A stretch of DNA of 25,909 bases from Paraspadella gotoi (GCA_051294375.1 JBJCIZ010000415.1:11176-37084); one strand, 5' to 3'. Counted from the first letter of the stretch, positions 11,633-22,410 are shown. Made by a program: numbers and translations. Notes: generated from the sequence alone by a model not told the origin.

Positions 11633-11950
11633 GCAGAGAATGGATTATCAAGTGGCTTGCCTCTCTTGGCTTCTTCGTCTTTTCTTCTGGTTGACCAATC
11701 AGAGAGGAGGTTTCCCTCAGGAAACCGATGGCAGAGAAACGAGAGATTGTCATAGTAAAATAAAAACGTCGGCTGCCTAGAAAATATTAAACTCTTTTTA
11801 TTCTACATATTTGTAGCCTATGTTACGACATTCCAAGCAAGCGACAAATGCTAGTCTCTGCTGGAAATTAATTTAAAAAACTAATTGTAAAATTTAAATA
11901 TGAAATTAAAATATATGCTTCAAATTTAAACAAAGCCCTAACAAATAGTT

Positions 11951-12274
11951 TGAAGAGACAGTAATTATTATTATGAGTTACTGACAGAACCATTCAATAT
12001 AAGCAGTCCCTGAGCTTCAGATCAGGCTGTAACACCATGTTACAGGCGGGTTAAGCGCCCCGTCCCTCTTAACTGCTAGGCGGCCACCGGGCTAGAATCC
12101 CGGACCTTTGGGTTGGGAGGCGAATGACTTGCCTCCGGCACCCATGGCCACTGATGAATGGTTGGTGGATTTTAGTCCACCATACATCCCCCCCTCCCAT
12201 AGGGAGAAGTCTGTTGTATCTCTTCAGTGAATTGTTGTTGTTGTTGGTGGAAAGTGCGTCACCAAGTTGAGGCA
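11951..12274 (-). mobile_element. tRNA-containing TRIM: 3' LTR (11951-12186), PPT and part of the internal region, cut by a gap
   Basis: On the - strand the PPT GGGAGGGGGGGA is immediately followed by TGTATGG...TCTCTTCA (236 bp, TG...CA ends). The tRNA-like module lies at 12080-12151 and the flank AGTT at 11947-11950. Confidence 0.85.
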
Positions 12275-12299
12275 NNNNNNNNNNNNNNNNNNNNNNNNN

Positions 12300-15230
12300 C
12301 TGCTCCAGGAACGCCGCCGATGGCGTTATTGAAGCATCGACGGTCAGGGCCAGAGGTGCCCCGTCCACAGGGTGGACAAGCATAGTTGCGTTTGCCAGAG
12401 CTACTTTCGACTTGGTTGAAAGTAGCTGAGTCATCTCATCGGTCCATTTGAGGACCGGGGTTGCCTTTTAAGGCTTGGTATATGGTGTAAGGAACCTTCG
12501 GCGATGTGTGGAATGAACGCCGTGTAGTAGTTGAGCATGCCCAAGTATCTTTGACTCTTTGACTGATGTTGGCTGTGGGAATTGTTTGATGTGTTCGACT
12601 TTTGTGTCCAATGGCCTGACGCTGTTGCGTCTACCTGGTAACCGAGAAAATCGAGTGATGGTACGCCCCAGTACGCATTTTGCCCAGTTCACTACTAAAA
12701 CCATTTGCTTGCAGGGTTGTCAAACAGTAGTGTGAGATCTTGCATGTGTTCTCCTCGTTGCTTGAGGCGACCAGGATGTCATCTAGATATACAAAGATGT
12801 GTGTACATCTTTTAGAGGGCTTCATCCATCATCCTTTTGAAAATCAGCCCTGCATTCTTGAGACCAAATGGGGTGAACGGGAATTCCCAAGAGCCAAAGG
12901 GAGTGATGACGGCTGTCTTGCAATATCCTGCTCTGCTACAGGTACTTGATGGTAGCCTTTTACAAAGGTCTACTTTTGAAAAAATTGTTTTGCCTGCGAC
13001 AATGGGCTTGAAATCCATCAAATTTTTGTTGGGGTAGCGGTTGTCTTTTTGTGACTGCGTTGAGGCGCCTGTAGTCGCCGCAACATCTAAGTGAGCATCA
13101 GGTTTTTTTTAACCACATGTAGTGGTGATGCCCAAGCACTCTTGCTCTTCGTATAATGCCCAGCTTCTCCCATTTTTGCCAAATTCATTCTTTGGCTGCT
13201 TTGAGTTTGTCAGGTGCAAGTTCGGCGTGCTTTGGGAGTGGACAGGCGGACCCTCGGTTGGAATGTGGTGTTCTACATCATGCTTGGTCTTCGAAGGGTC
13301 AAATCTGAGTTGTGTGAGTTTCTGGGCGTCGTCAATCAATTTGAAATAGGCATTATTGACTGTATTGACTCTGAAAGGCCTGTCAGGTAAGATTTGCCTG
13401 CCGATTGTTGAAAAAATCATCAAGATCAACGAGTAAGGCCGAGCTTGTGGTCGGCGTGCCTAAATGATGCTCCATCAGAAAATCAGCTCCAAGAATAGGG
13501 GTCGTAACGTCAGCGAGTACGGTTGTTAGTGAGTATGTGGCGTCTTCCTAGTCTGATAGTGATTGTTTGGTGCCGTAGAAGAGATTGGAGACCCGTTTGC
13601 AGCATGAAGTTGAGGCGCGGAGCCACCGCGGAGCTTTTCTGATGGCAAAAGGCCCATCAAGAGACGCTTGCACCACGTCCACAAGCCATGTCAAATTGTT
13701 GTTGTTGTCGTACACGTGCAGTTAAGGGTTCTGTACTACCAGGCAGCGGCGTTTTTGCCTCCGCTGCTGGCTCGTCCGTTTCCCCGCTTGCATCCTGGGG
13801 TAGCATTTGATTGCTCGATCTCCGAATGTCCGATGATAGAAACAAAGTCCATTGGACTAAATCAGGAGAGGAGTTGAAAGAGTTTGAAACTGGTCGGCGA
13901 GTGAGTATGCTGGTTGCTGTTGTTGGGGAACGGCGCTGCTGTGTTGTCGCTGGTCTTCGTAGCCAGTCGGACCTGTGTCCCTGGGCGTGTTGGCCACGTC
14001 CCCGAAAGTCGCGGCACACACGCTGGCGTACGTGCGTGGAGGCACATCATCTGTGGTGGATGCGTCACCGCCAAGTCGGGCCGGCATATCATCGCACTCT
14101 GAGTCAGAAGGTCGTCCTCAAAGATGCCCCATCGATTGGAGGTGTCGACATGACTGACGACTTTTCCAATGGGTTTTTTGAGGTGATCTGAAGATCACCT
14201 TGGGCAGAGTAAAATGCGTCCGCCTTCTTGGCGATCGCTTCCGGCGTCTCGTCCCCATCGCTGACTACCCTTCCGGCCACATGGGCTGGGAGGACACTCG
14301 GCCAGGATCGCGTTGAGGAGATGTCGATCGTCAGGGATTCGACCTCAGCGCGCAGTGCGGCCACGAACTGCGAAGGAGTGCGTTCCCCTGCCGAGGAGTG
14401 ATGACCCAGGAGCTTCTGCCCTTCTGCGGGGCTTCTCAGCGAACAGCTCAGACAGGTGCTTTTCAAGGCCTGAATACCCGCCTGAGACAGATGGTCATTG
14501 GTGTAAAAACCCCTGACCACACCTGATGCTCCTGCGGGACCGCGCCAAGAAGGGTGCATCTTTTTGTGCTGCTCATCCACAACTGCAGCGAGGCGGAAAC
14601 TCCCCTCGACTGCCAGCGAGCCAGGCTCGGATGTTGCCGACATCAAAAGGCGGCCAACTTGGGCGTCTTGAACGGTTGGGTGCCGACGTCTGGTAATCCA
14701 TGGGTGGTGTGGAGGAGGCTCCTACCACACTGGCGTCGTGTCCGGTGCTGCGACCTGCAAACTGGCAACAATCTTTGGTTGAGGTCGCCTGTGGACCTGT
14801 GTGGCATCGCCGTTGGTGCCTGCTGAAGCTGCTAGCAGGCGCTGGATCTGTGATGTAGTACTGTATGAAGACCTTACGCTCTCATTGAAGCTGTCTTGTT
14901 TCGCCTCCAATCCTATAATCCTGTTGTTGAACGTCGTTTATCAGCCCGTTTGATGTTCCTGGTACGGTCCTGAATGAGCCGACATTGGAAGGGGGCCGTG
15001 ATGACGCTATTGACTTTGGTCTGATCGCCTCGTGGGTGTCTTGAATGCGTCATCCTGAATCCGGCGATGGTGGAAGCGATGTGGTTGGGGTGGCGACGTC
15101 GATGGGTGATGGTGGGTGGAGAGATGACGTCCTCCATGCGGCGTCGCTGAGATTGTCGGCTGAGGGTGATGTGGAGGCCGGCGAGCTCCTTCGTCCCTGG
15201 GGGCCTCCAGGTCAAGAGAGATGATCCATT
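12300..15230 (-). mobile_element. Decayed Ty3/Gypsy LTR retrotransposon B (gag, protease, RT, start of RNase H)
   Basis: gag GERTPSQFVAALR and CFYHRTFGDRAIKC; protease WLVDxGASVS and ADVTTPILGADFL; RT CGDYRRLN, KTAVITPFGSWEF..PFGLKNAG and IFVYLDDILVASS; RNase H PLALTVDAS. Many frameshifts. Sequence differs clearly from element A. Upper boundary approximate. Confidence 0.92.
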
Positions 15231-15935
15231 GTGATTTGGAGAGAGTGCTACTGTAAATTAATAAAAAAATTATAGATTGCGCCGAACAGATAGCAAAAAT
15301 TTTTCTATCTTTTTTAATCGAGGGAAAAATCCGAAAGAAAATTTTGCGATATCGTTTTTAAAAAATAGAGCTTGCAAAATTTTTCTGATAAAAACTTTTC
15401 TTTTAAACGGCGCGTAAAATGAAAAACGCGCTGGCGAGACGGTCGTTCACAGTACCGTAGGTTAATATTTAAAGAAAAAATTTATTTAACTTAGAGCTAA
15501 ATATAAGATTTTTCAAAAAACGGGATAAAAATTGATTAGGGTTAGTATTGTATTCAAATTTCAAAATTAAGCAAAAGGGAAATCGTTGATAACGCCTAAT
15601 AAAAAAAGAATTAAACTTGAGCTTTGATGAGGTAATCAGGTGGACGAGACGAATATGTTGGACGAAATGTGGGATGGCGCGCGACTGAAGAAAAAAATAG
15701 AAATTGCGAAAATCGTTTAATTTTTGAATGTTGAAATACTTTGAAGAAAAAAAATGGCCAAAAAAAAAAAAGGAATATAAACTGATCGCGAAATAGCCGT
15801 GAAACTGAGCGGGATTTTTATCGTAATTTAAAACCCGCCAATTTACGATGATAAATAAATAATCGATCAATCACTAGATCATCAAATCAATAAATCAATC
15901 AATCAAGTTATAATGTAGTTCAGAAGTTATTCTTT

Positions 15936-16237
15936 ATCGGATCACCAATGTAAAGACGAAAATTAGTAATTAATAAAAAGTGAGAAGAAGGTGAAGAATT
16001 GTGACGATGTAAGAGAAGTAGAAAAAGAAGTGAGTCTAGCCTCTCTCCTGATCCACTTTTATCATCGCCCGGACCAAACTGACCCTACGGTCGCCTCGGC
16101 CCTATTACTGTGTCCGGTCAATCTAAGGTCATTGCCAAAGCTAGGGCAAAGTGACCGTGTGGAATAGACCGGATGAAGAAAGAGGAGAGAGGAAGGGTTT
16201 AGGAAAGAGACCGGAGGTAATCGCCTCAGTGTAAACA
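15936..16237 (-). mobile_element. Candidate 5' LTR (~15949-16237) with primer-binding site
   Basis: The - strand reads TGTTTACAC...GTCTTTACA, then T, then TGGTGATCCG, the typical LTR-end/PBS junction. No partner LTR was found and the link to element B is unproven. Confidence 0.4.
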
Positions 16238-17480
16238 TTTAACTGGATTATAAAGTCTGGATATTAAAAGTAATAAAAATCAAAAACAATTTAAATTAAA
16301 TCATACCACTTTTTAAATAAATATATTGGTTTTTAACCAATTCAAGAGAATTTTTCGATATATTCCCAAAAGACAGTGGCGGACCCTCAACTTGCTTTAA
16401 AGATCTCACGGGTAACAAACCTATGCAATCCAGAAGATTTAAAAATCTAAATATCCAGATAAAATATCTACATCCTGAAAGTTATAAGTCATGCATCTTT
16501 ACCCTTGGTTGCGACATTTCTATCTAAGATGTTTCTCTGGTGCGATAAATCTACATACCGGTTCCCCGGATGTGATGGGCGTTGGCTGGTCTTCATGTTC
16601 GATGAAGGAAAGATCGACGAAACGATGGGAAAACTGGTAAGAAGCCGACGAATCCTCGGTTTCATTAGCGGATGACCTGTAGTAGGATATGGATCACGTT
16701 TGCGAAAATGTTATCATCATGATTCGTTCAGTTTATACATTTTACACCAAACACTGTTTATTAGATAACTAATGATTCCGAGAGTAATAACGAAATGATT
16801 CACCAAAAGTAAAAAAAAAAAAAAAAACTGACCTTTTTAGAGACGAACTCCAATAGAGATGTTCTTATGGTCGAAAACACGACGATCCTGCGTTTTGTTC
16901 TTGTACACCATGACGCGAATGAGCGTCGCGGAGTCCGGCTTATGTCGTCGTAAACGCTGACGCTGTCGTACGGACAACTGGACGACAAGGGAAAAAAAAA
17001 AAAAGGGGAAGCGATGAGCGAGGAGCGAAACAAAAACAGCGAGTCTCCGCTTGTCGGATAAAAATTCTCCCCTCAGGCGTCAATCGTGACGAACGTACTG
17101 GAGCGCGAACGTAAAGCGATCTCTATCGATTTAAAATCAAGCCTTAATATGAATTTATTGGTTATATACATTGCCGTTATCGCTTACCTTAATTAAATCA
17201 TAAACTAACTAATAGTTTGCCCATTTATCCTTTCTAAAATTTCCTCACGAATTTCTCTCCAAGTCATGAACTTTTTTTTCGAGAGAGAGTGAGCTAATAA
17301 TAGAATGAGGAGAGGCTCGTAAAAAAACTGTTGACACTTGTTCCCCGCGAAAAAAGGAAAAGCTTCGGTTGCCAGGAGGACGGGAAGTCGTTGCTATGGC
17401 GGTCGCCGAACAAAAACGCTCCGTCTGTGACCCACGAAATGTTTACCATACAATTTAGATATGGCAGATCAACCGTCCGG

Positions 17481-17620
17481 GGAGAAAGAAAGAGAGAGAA
17501 GAGAGGAGAGAGAGAGAGAAAGAGAGAGATAAAAGAGAGGAGAGAGAGAGACGAGACGAGAGGAGAAGAGAGAGAAGAAGGAAAAAAGAGAAGGAGAGGA
17601 GAGAGAGAGAAGAGAGAGAG
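17481..17620. repeat. GA-rich low-complexity tract
   Basis: Nearly pure purine (GA)n/(GAA)n sequence. Confidence 0.9.
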
Positions 17621-17847
17621 TTTATGGAGCACACCGCAGGGCGGTCGGCGAAGCTTGTTTGCATTGCTTGTTATTTGAGTACCTTTGGAAATGAAACGTG
17701 CTCGGACAAACGAATGCTTGGAGACGAAAGGATTTTCGAAGGCCTCCGGAAGTCGAAAGCGACGACAGCGAATTCGCGGTTTGTTTATTTTGTGTAGTAA
17801 GGAGGTATAAAATTGACTTTGTATGAATTTTTCTATTTGCCTGGAGG

Positions 17848-18716
17848 CGACTAGTACTAAAATCTCGCCAGTGTCGAATGAAACCCGTCTCTATGGTTTG
17901 GAGCCAAATACTTGCTTGGCCAAAAAGTGTGAGCCGAGTATTGGCTGGCGTGACATCGGCGCAACGCAGAGAATGGATTATCAAGTGGCTTGCCTCTCTT
18001 GGCTTTTTGTCTTTTTCTATCTGGTTGACCAATCAGAGAGGAGGTTTCCCTCAGGAAACGGATGGCCAGAGAAACGAGGAGATTGGTCATGAGTAGATAT
18101 ATAAAAAACGTCGACATGCCTAGAAAGAATAGTTAAACTCTTTTATTCTAACATATTTGCTAGCTATTTACGACATTCCAAGCAAGAGCGAACAAATGCT
18201 AGTCTCTGCTGGAATTAATTGTAAAGAAACTAATTGTAAAAGTTGAGTAGGAGTATGAAAAGTGTGTAAAGAGTGATATGCTTCAAATTTAAACAAAGCC
18301 CTAACAAATAGTTTAAAGAGACAGTAATTATTATTATGAGTTACTACAGAGAGCCCATTCAGAGAGTAATCAGTGCCCTGAGCTGCTCATGATCAGTACA
18401 AGTAGGTAACACCATGTTACAGGCGGGTTAAGCGGCCCGCGTCCACTCTTAATGCTAGGCGGGGCCAACCGGGCGTAAGAATCCCGGACCTTTGGGGTGG
18501 GATGCGAAAAGACTGCCTCCGACCACCGGATGGCCACTGGATTAAGAGGGTTGGTGATTTAGGGAAGTAGAGGAGGGGAAGGGAAAGATGGCCATCCAAC
18601 ATTCCCGCCCGCTCGCGCATGAGGGAGAGGTGTATTAACAGAGTAAGATGGTATCTCTTCGAGATGAGGAGTGGTATGTTGATTGGTGGGTGGAGAGATG
18701 TGCAGGGGTCACCAAG
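17848..18716 (+). repeat. Indel-rich direct copy of 11516-12270
   Basis: Collinear through the protease fragment, the TGTAG repeat, the unique flank and the TRIM LTR. Differences are mostly 1-3 nt insertions. Confidence 0.9.
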
Positions 18717-19114
18717 TGTGGATTAGGAATGTGCCTTGAGTGTGGTTGGTGTAGGCGGAAAAAGGTACCATCGCCAGGGTGTGGAGGGCATGTCGCAGCT
18801 GGGGAAGTTGAATATTGTTGACTGTGAGTGTTGAAGAGAGTGCGGGCTCACCAGAGTGAAAGAGACCAGAATATTATTATGAGTTAGTGACAGACCATTC
18901 AATATAAGCAGTCACTGTAGCTTCGGATTCAGGCTTGTAAGCGACCATGTTACAGAGCGGGGTTAAGGCGGCGCCCACACCTAACATGTAAACTGCTAGG
19001 GCGGCCCACCGGCGTAGACCGCCGACCTTATTGGGATTGGGAGGCGAATGACTTTGGCCTACAGGCACCAAATGGCCACTGATGAGAATGGTTGGTGGGA
19101 TTAGGTCGACCATA
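18314..19114 (-). mobile_element. Complete TRIM with tRNA-like LTRs (noisy sequence)
   Basis: LTR at 18857-19114, PBS-like TGGTGAGCCCGCA at 18841-18853, ~250 bp non-coding interior, degraded PPT near 18600-18620, second LTR at 18314-~18600. AGTT flanks it at 18310-18313 and 19115-19118. Confidence 0.75.
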
Positions 19115-19155
19115 AGTTCCTTGTTTTACATAATATTCAATTATTTTTGTAAAAG

Positions 19156-19490
19156 AAATGTTCATCACCGGCAGCGGAGACGACTTCGTTACGTCAAAAT
19201 GCAATGGGACATGAAGACTTTTTCAGAGAAATGGTGCGACAACAGGTCCGGAGTGGAGGAGAGAGAGCTGAAGTTGAGAGTCCTCGTGTGGTCAGAAGGT
19301 ATGGGGGTTCAGTTAAGAGCAGTGTGAGAGACAGATGAGTGGGTGTCAAATAAGAAGCAAGCAAATATGCGTCAGGCGAGGAAAAACGTCAGGTTTTGTC
19401 GCATGAGATATGTGATAAGGACAAAAGGCGCGGATTATCGGTTGAGCATAGTAGCCGAGCGAAGTTGAAATTGCCTAATGAATTACAGCG
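19156..19490 (+). CDS. Probable second coding exon of the FUT8-like gene, obscured by indels
   Basis: AG acceptor at 19154-19155 is compatible with phase 2. Fragments EWRRE and SRAKL-x-CLMNYS-g resemble FUT8 DWREKE and CSKAKKLVCNINKG. The phase-1 end fits the next exon. Confidence 0.45.
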
Positions 19491-19777
19491 GGTGTAAAAT
19501 ATCTAATACATGACCATAGATTATGGTATTTCAAAGTTTTTTGTCCAATAATAAATGAACTTTCTTCTGAGGGATGACAAGGCAGCTGAGATTAAAAAGT
19601 AGTGGATATAATTACAATAGTAAAAAGCGAAAAGAATTGATTTTTAGAAATATTAAGATGTTTGTGTGAGTGTAATATTTGAGTGATAGAGCATAAAAAG
19701 TTAAACAAGAAAATATAATTACAGCTTTTAGAGAAATGCTAAAGTTTTAAAATTTTACGAATTTATTGTCAAAGAAA

Positions 19778-19824
19778 TACGGACATGTTTCGGCCACGAT
19801 GTTCGAGCCTTCATCACGTGTAAC
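19778..19824 (-). ncRNA. Degenerate minimal type I hammerhead ribozyme motif (Penelope-like)
   Basis: - strand ACG-TGATGA-A-GGCTCG..GGCC-GAAA-CATG-TC-CGT has palindromic ACATGT stem III, a GUC site and AATAAA just downstream. Core C3 is missing. Confidence 0.55.
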
Positions 19825-19849
19825 ATGAAGAAACATCGTTGTCCAAAAA

Positions 19850-20819
19850 GAAGGGTGTGTGTTGAGACAGAGAGAGAGAGAGAAAGTAAGAGTGTTTCCA
19901 ACGCAAGTGGTGAGTAGAATAGTGGTGCAGATGAGAGAACAGGCTGAAGGTGAGGACAGATGAGTGAGTTGTGAAATAGGAAGTGATATTTGTTAGAAGA
20001 GAGAGACAGACAACAGGATAAATAAATACTATAAGATAGCATGTTTTGGTAATGTACAACAGAGATAAATGTGAATTTTGAAAACTAACTGTTAGTGAAC
20101 GTTAAACAATTAACTAGTGAATTAAATAGTGAGTTAGCTAAAGGATAGTGAGATAAAATATGAAATTTGAAATGTGAAAAAGGGTAGTTTTAATTTAATT
20201 GATAATTAAGAAGATAAGAGAGTGAAATATAAGGAGAAAGAAAGAGCTCAAAATGAGCTGGCAATGAAGGACAGAGACGATGGTGCCGGGTCATTAGCGT
20301 GTCATAGGCTGAGAGGAGAGTGTGACTGAACCAGTGAATGTTGCACTGGGTATCAAACCTGACGGAAAGATTCCCAGAGCCATTCTTATGTCTCTTTGGC
20401 TTGTTACGCCTGCCGGCTGCCCTCTCATTTTGAGCTATTTCCTTCTCCTTATATTTCACATTCTTATCTTCTTAACTATCAATTAAATTAAAACTATCCT
20501 TTTTCACATTTCAAATTTTATATTTCATCTCACTATCCTTTAGCTAACTATTTAATTCAATAGTTAATTGTTAAACTTTAACTAACATTTAGTTTTCAAA
20601 ATTCACATTTATCTCTGTTGTACATTACAAAATGTATCTTTAGTATTTATTTATCCCTGTTGTCTGTCTCTCTCTCTCTAACAAATTTCACTTCTTTTGA
20701 CAACTCACTCAATCTGTCCTCACCTTCAGCCTGTTCTCTCATCTGACCACTATTCTGTCTCACCATCTCGTTGGAAAACTTTTATCTTCTCTCTCTCTCT
20801 CTCTCTCTCACACCGTTCT
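19850..20819. repeat. Inverted repeat with ~400 bp arms (19850-20257 / 20424-20819) and ~165 bp spacer
   Basis: For example gagaacaggctgaaggtgaggacaga versus tctgtcctcaccttcagcctgttctc, and tgtacaacagagataaatgtgaattttgaaaacta versus its reverse complement at ~20590-20623. Confidence 0.9.
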
Positions 20820-21542
20820 CACGGTGAATCAAGACCTCAGAAAAATCCTCGATGGAGCCATCTCATATTAGAAATATTATTAAATGTCCCCATTCTACTT
20901 GGTCTCAGACGGTCAAAACCGAAAACAAATGTAAAAAATTATTATCCTTTCTTTTCTGGTATTTCACCTATCTTTTCCTATTTTGAGATGAAACCGACCA
21001 AGTTTATCCTTATGCTATCTTTCACTACATAAGAAAATTTTGTCTTATTATATATCGATTTAAAGGTATATCATTTCTCTTTAAAATAAGCTATGAATTG
21101 TTTAGATTCACATCAAATTAATTTAAAACCAAGCAATTTTATAAAAAAATGCTTAAAAATTTGTTTTCTAAATTTAATATTTGGACTTTTTTGTCTTTGA
21201 GTGGGTCGTTCAGGGATGTTTAATCAAACCAGATATATTTACTATATTTAACAACTAGGATTAGGTTTTGAGAGTCTAGTATNNNNNNNNNNNNNNNNNN
21301 NNNNNNNTATCATTCCATTTTCTCCGAGTCTGATTTTACTTAAGAGAATAGATTTTTTCCGTGAGCCATCTTCAAAAGGAATGCTTCAAGAGAATATATT
21401 AAGAAAATCAACTACGATCTTGCGAAGGAAAATCGCATGCAACTGCACGGTTCCCGTTTATTGCGGTTTATCCCGAACCGGAACATCTGACTATCGTTAT
21501 TTAGTTGATTATTTGGGTCTTGTTGTATTGGGTATCCTCCGA

Positions 21543-21880
21543 GTATCCTCCGCGTTCTGACGTATTGAAGCTAAATATAAGCCTCTGCCAGTGAACTCCT
21601 CAAATCACAGCTAAATTATAAGAAAAATTAACTACAAAAATTTTTGTTATTAGTAATAATATATTAGATAAAGACGAAACGTCTTTTTACAAACCGAGAC
21701 GAGAATTTTTACATTACGGGCATGTTTCGGCTCTCAGATTACGAGCCCTTATCAATAACATTGAGAAGAGATGAGGGAGAGGAGAGGAAAGAGAAGGACT
21801 GAGAAGAGAGAGAGGAGGAGAGAGGAAAGTTGCCAACCAAGATAACGTGAGACAGAAATGGTAAAATGTGTGAAGACAGG
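21543..21880 (+). repeat. Direct repeat of 22887-23160; same family as 19778-19960
   Basis: Shares gtatcctccg..tgaagctaaatataa.cctctgccagtgaactcctcaaatcaca, acgggcatgt.tcggct, (GA)n and ggaaagttgccaac. Confidence 0.85.
21714..21760 (-). ncRNA. Second, more decayed hammerhead-like motif
   Basis: - strand TTGATAAG-GGCTC-gtaatctga-GAGCC-GAAA-CATG-CC-CGTAA has a perfect 5-bp stem II and a mutated core. Confidence 0.4.
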
Positions 21881-22357
21881 TTGAAGATGGCGGAGAGAGA
21901 GAAGAGAAAGAGTACGACAGAGAGAAAGGCAGACAGAGGAAAGGAAAGCAGAGAGAGACAGAGAGAGAGGTAGAGGGAAAGGAAACTGAACACTTGTCTG
22001 TTAGGCAACTTTCCTTCCTTCTATCTGCGAAGCATTGTCATGTTGATTAGTCTGTGTAATATTTTGAGATCACACATTTAAAAGACGTTACATAGATCTT
22101 ATCATTGGTTAGCTGGCTTAACGCCTAAGATTTATTGTAGGCAGCATGCCGACACTGTTTGACTCAAACTTGTTCCTTTTATATTAAGTAAATGCAGCAG
22201 TATTAATTAAATCAATTAATCAGTTAATTATCAATTAGTTAATTTATTAAAGCAATAATTAATAATCCAGTCAATTAATTCAAATTCAATCAAATCAATT
22301 CCAATCATTCATTTCATCTATTAATTAATATTCAATCAATACATCTTATTTATCAAT

Positions 22358-22359
<2 letters not shown>

Positions 22360-22408
<49 letters not shown>
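22360..22408. repeat. Poly(T) tract of ~49 nt
   Basis: Uninterrupted T run. Confidence 0.95.

Positions 22409-22410
<2 letters not shown>

Noticed and set aside
11951-12186. 3' LTR of Gypsy element B
   Set aside because: It is separated from B by a gap with no integrase in between, and the duplicate at 18314-19114 shows it pairing with a nearby identical LTR.
12148-12186. Hammerhead ribozyme in the TRIM LTR (CTGATGA followed by a hairpin)
   Set aside because: No GAAA follows the stem and there is no stem I/III or cleavage triplet.
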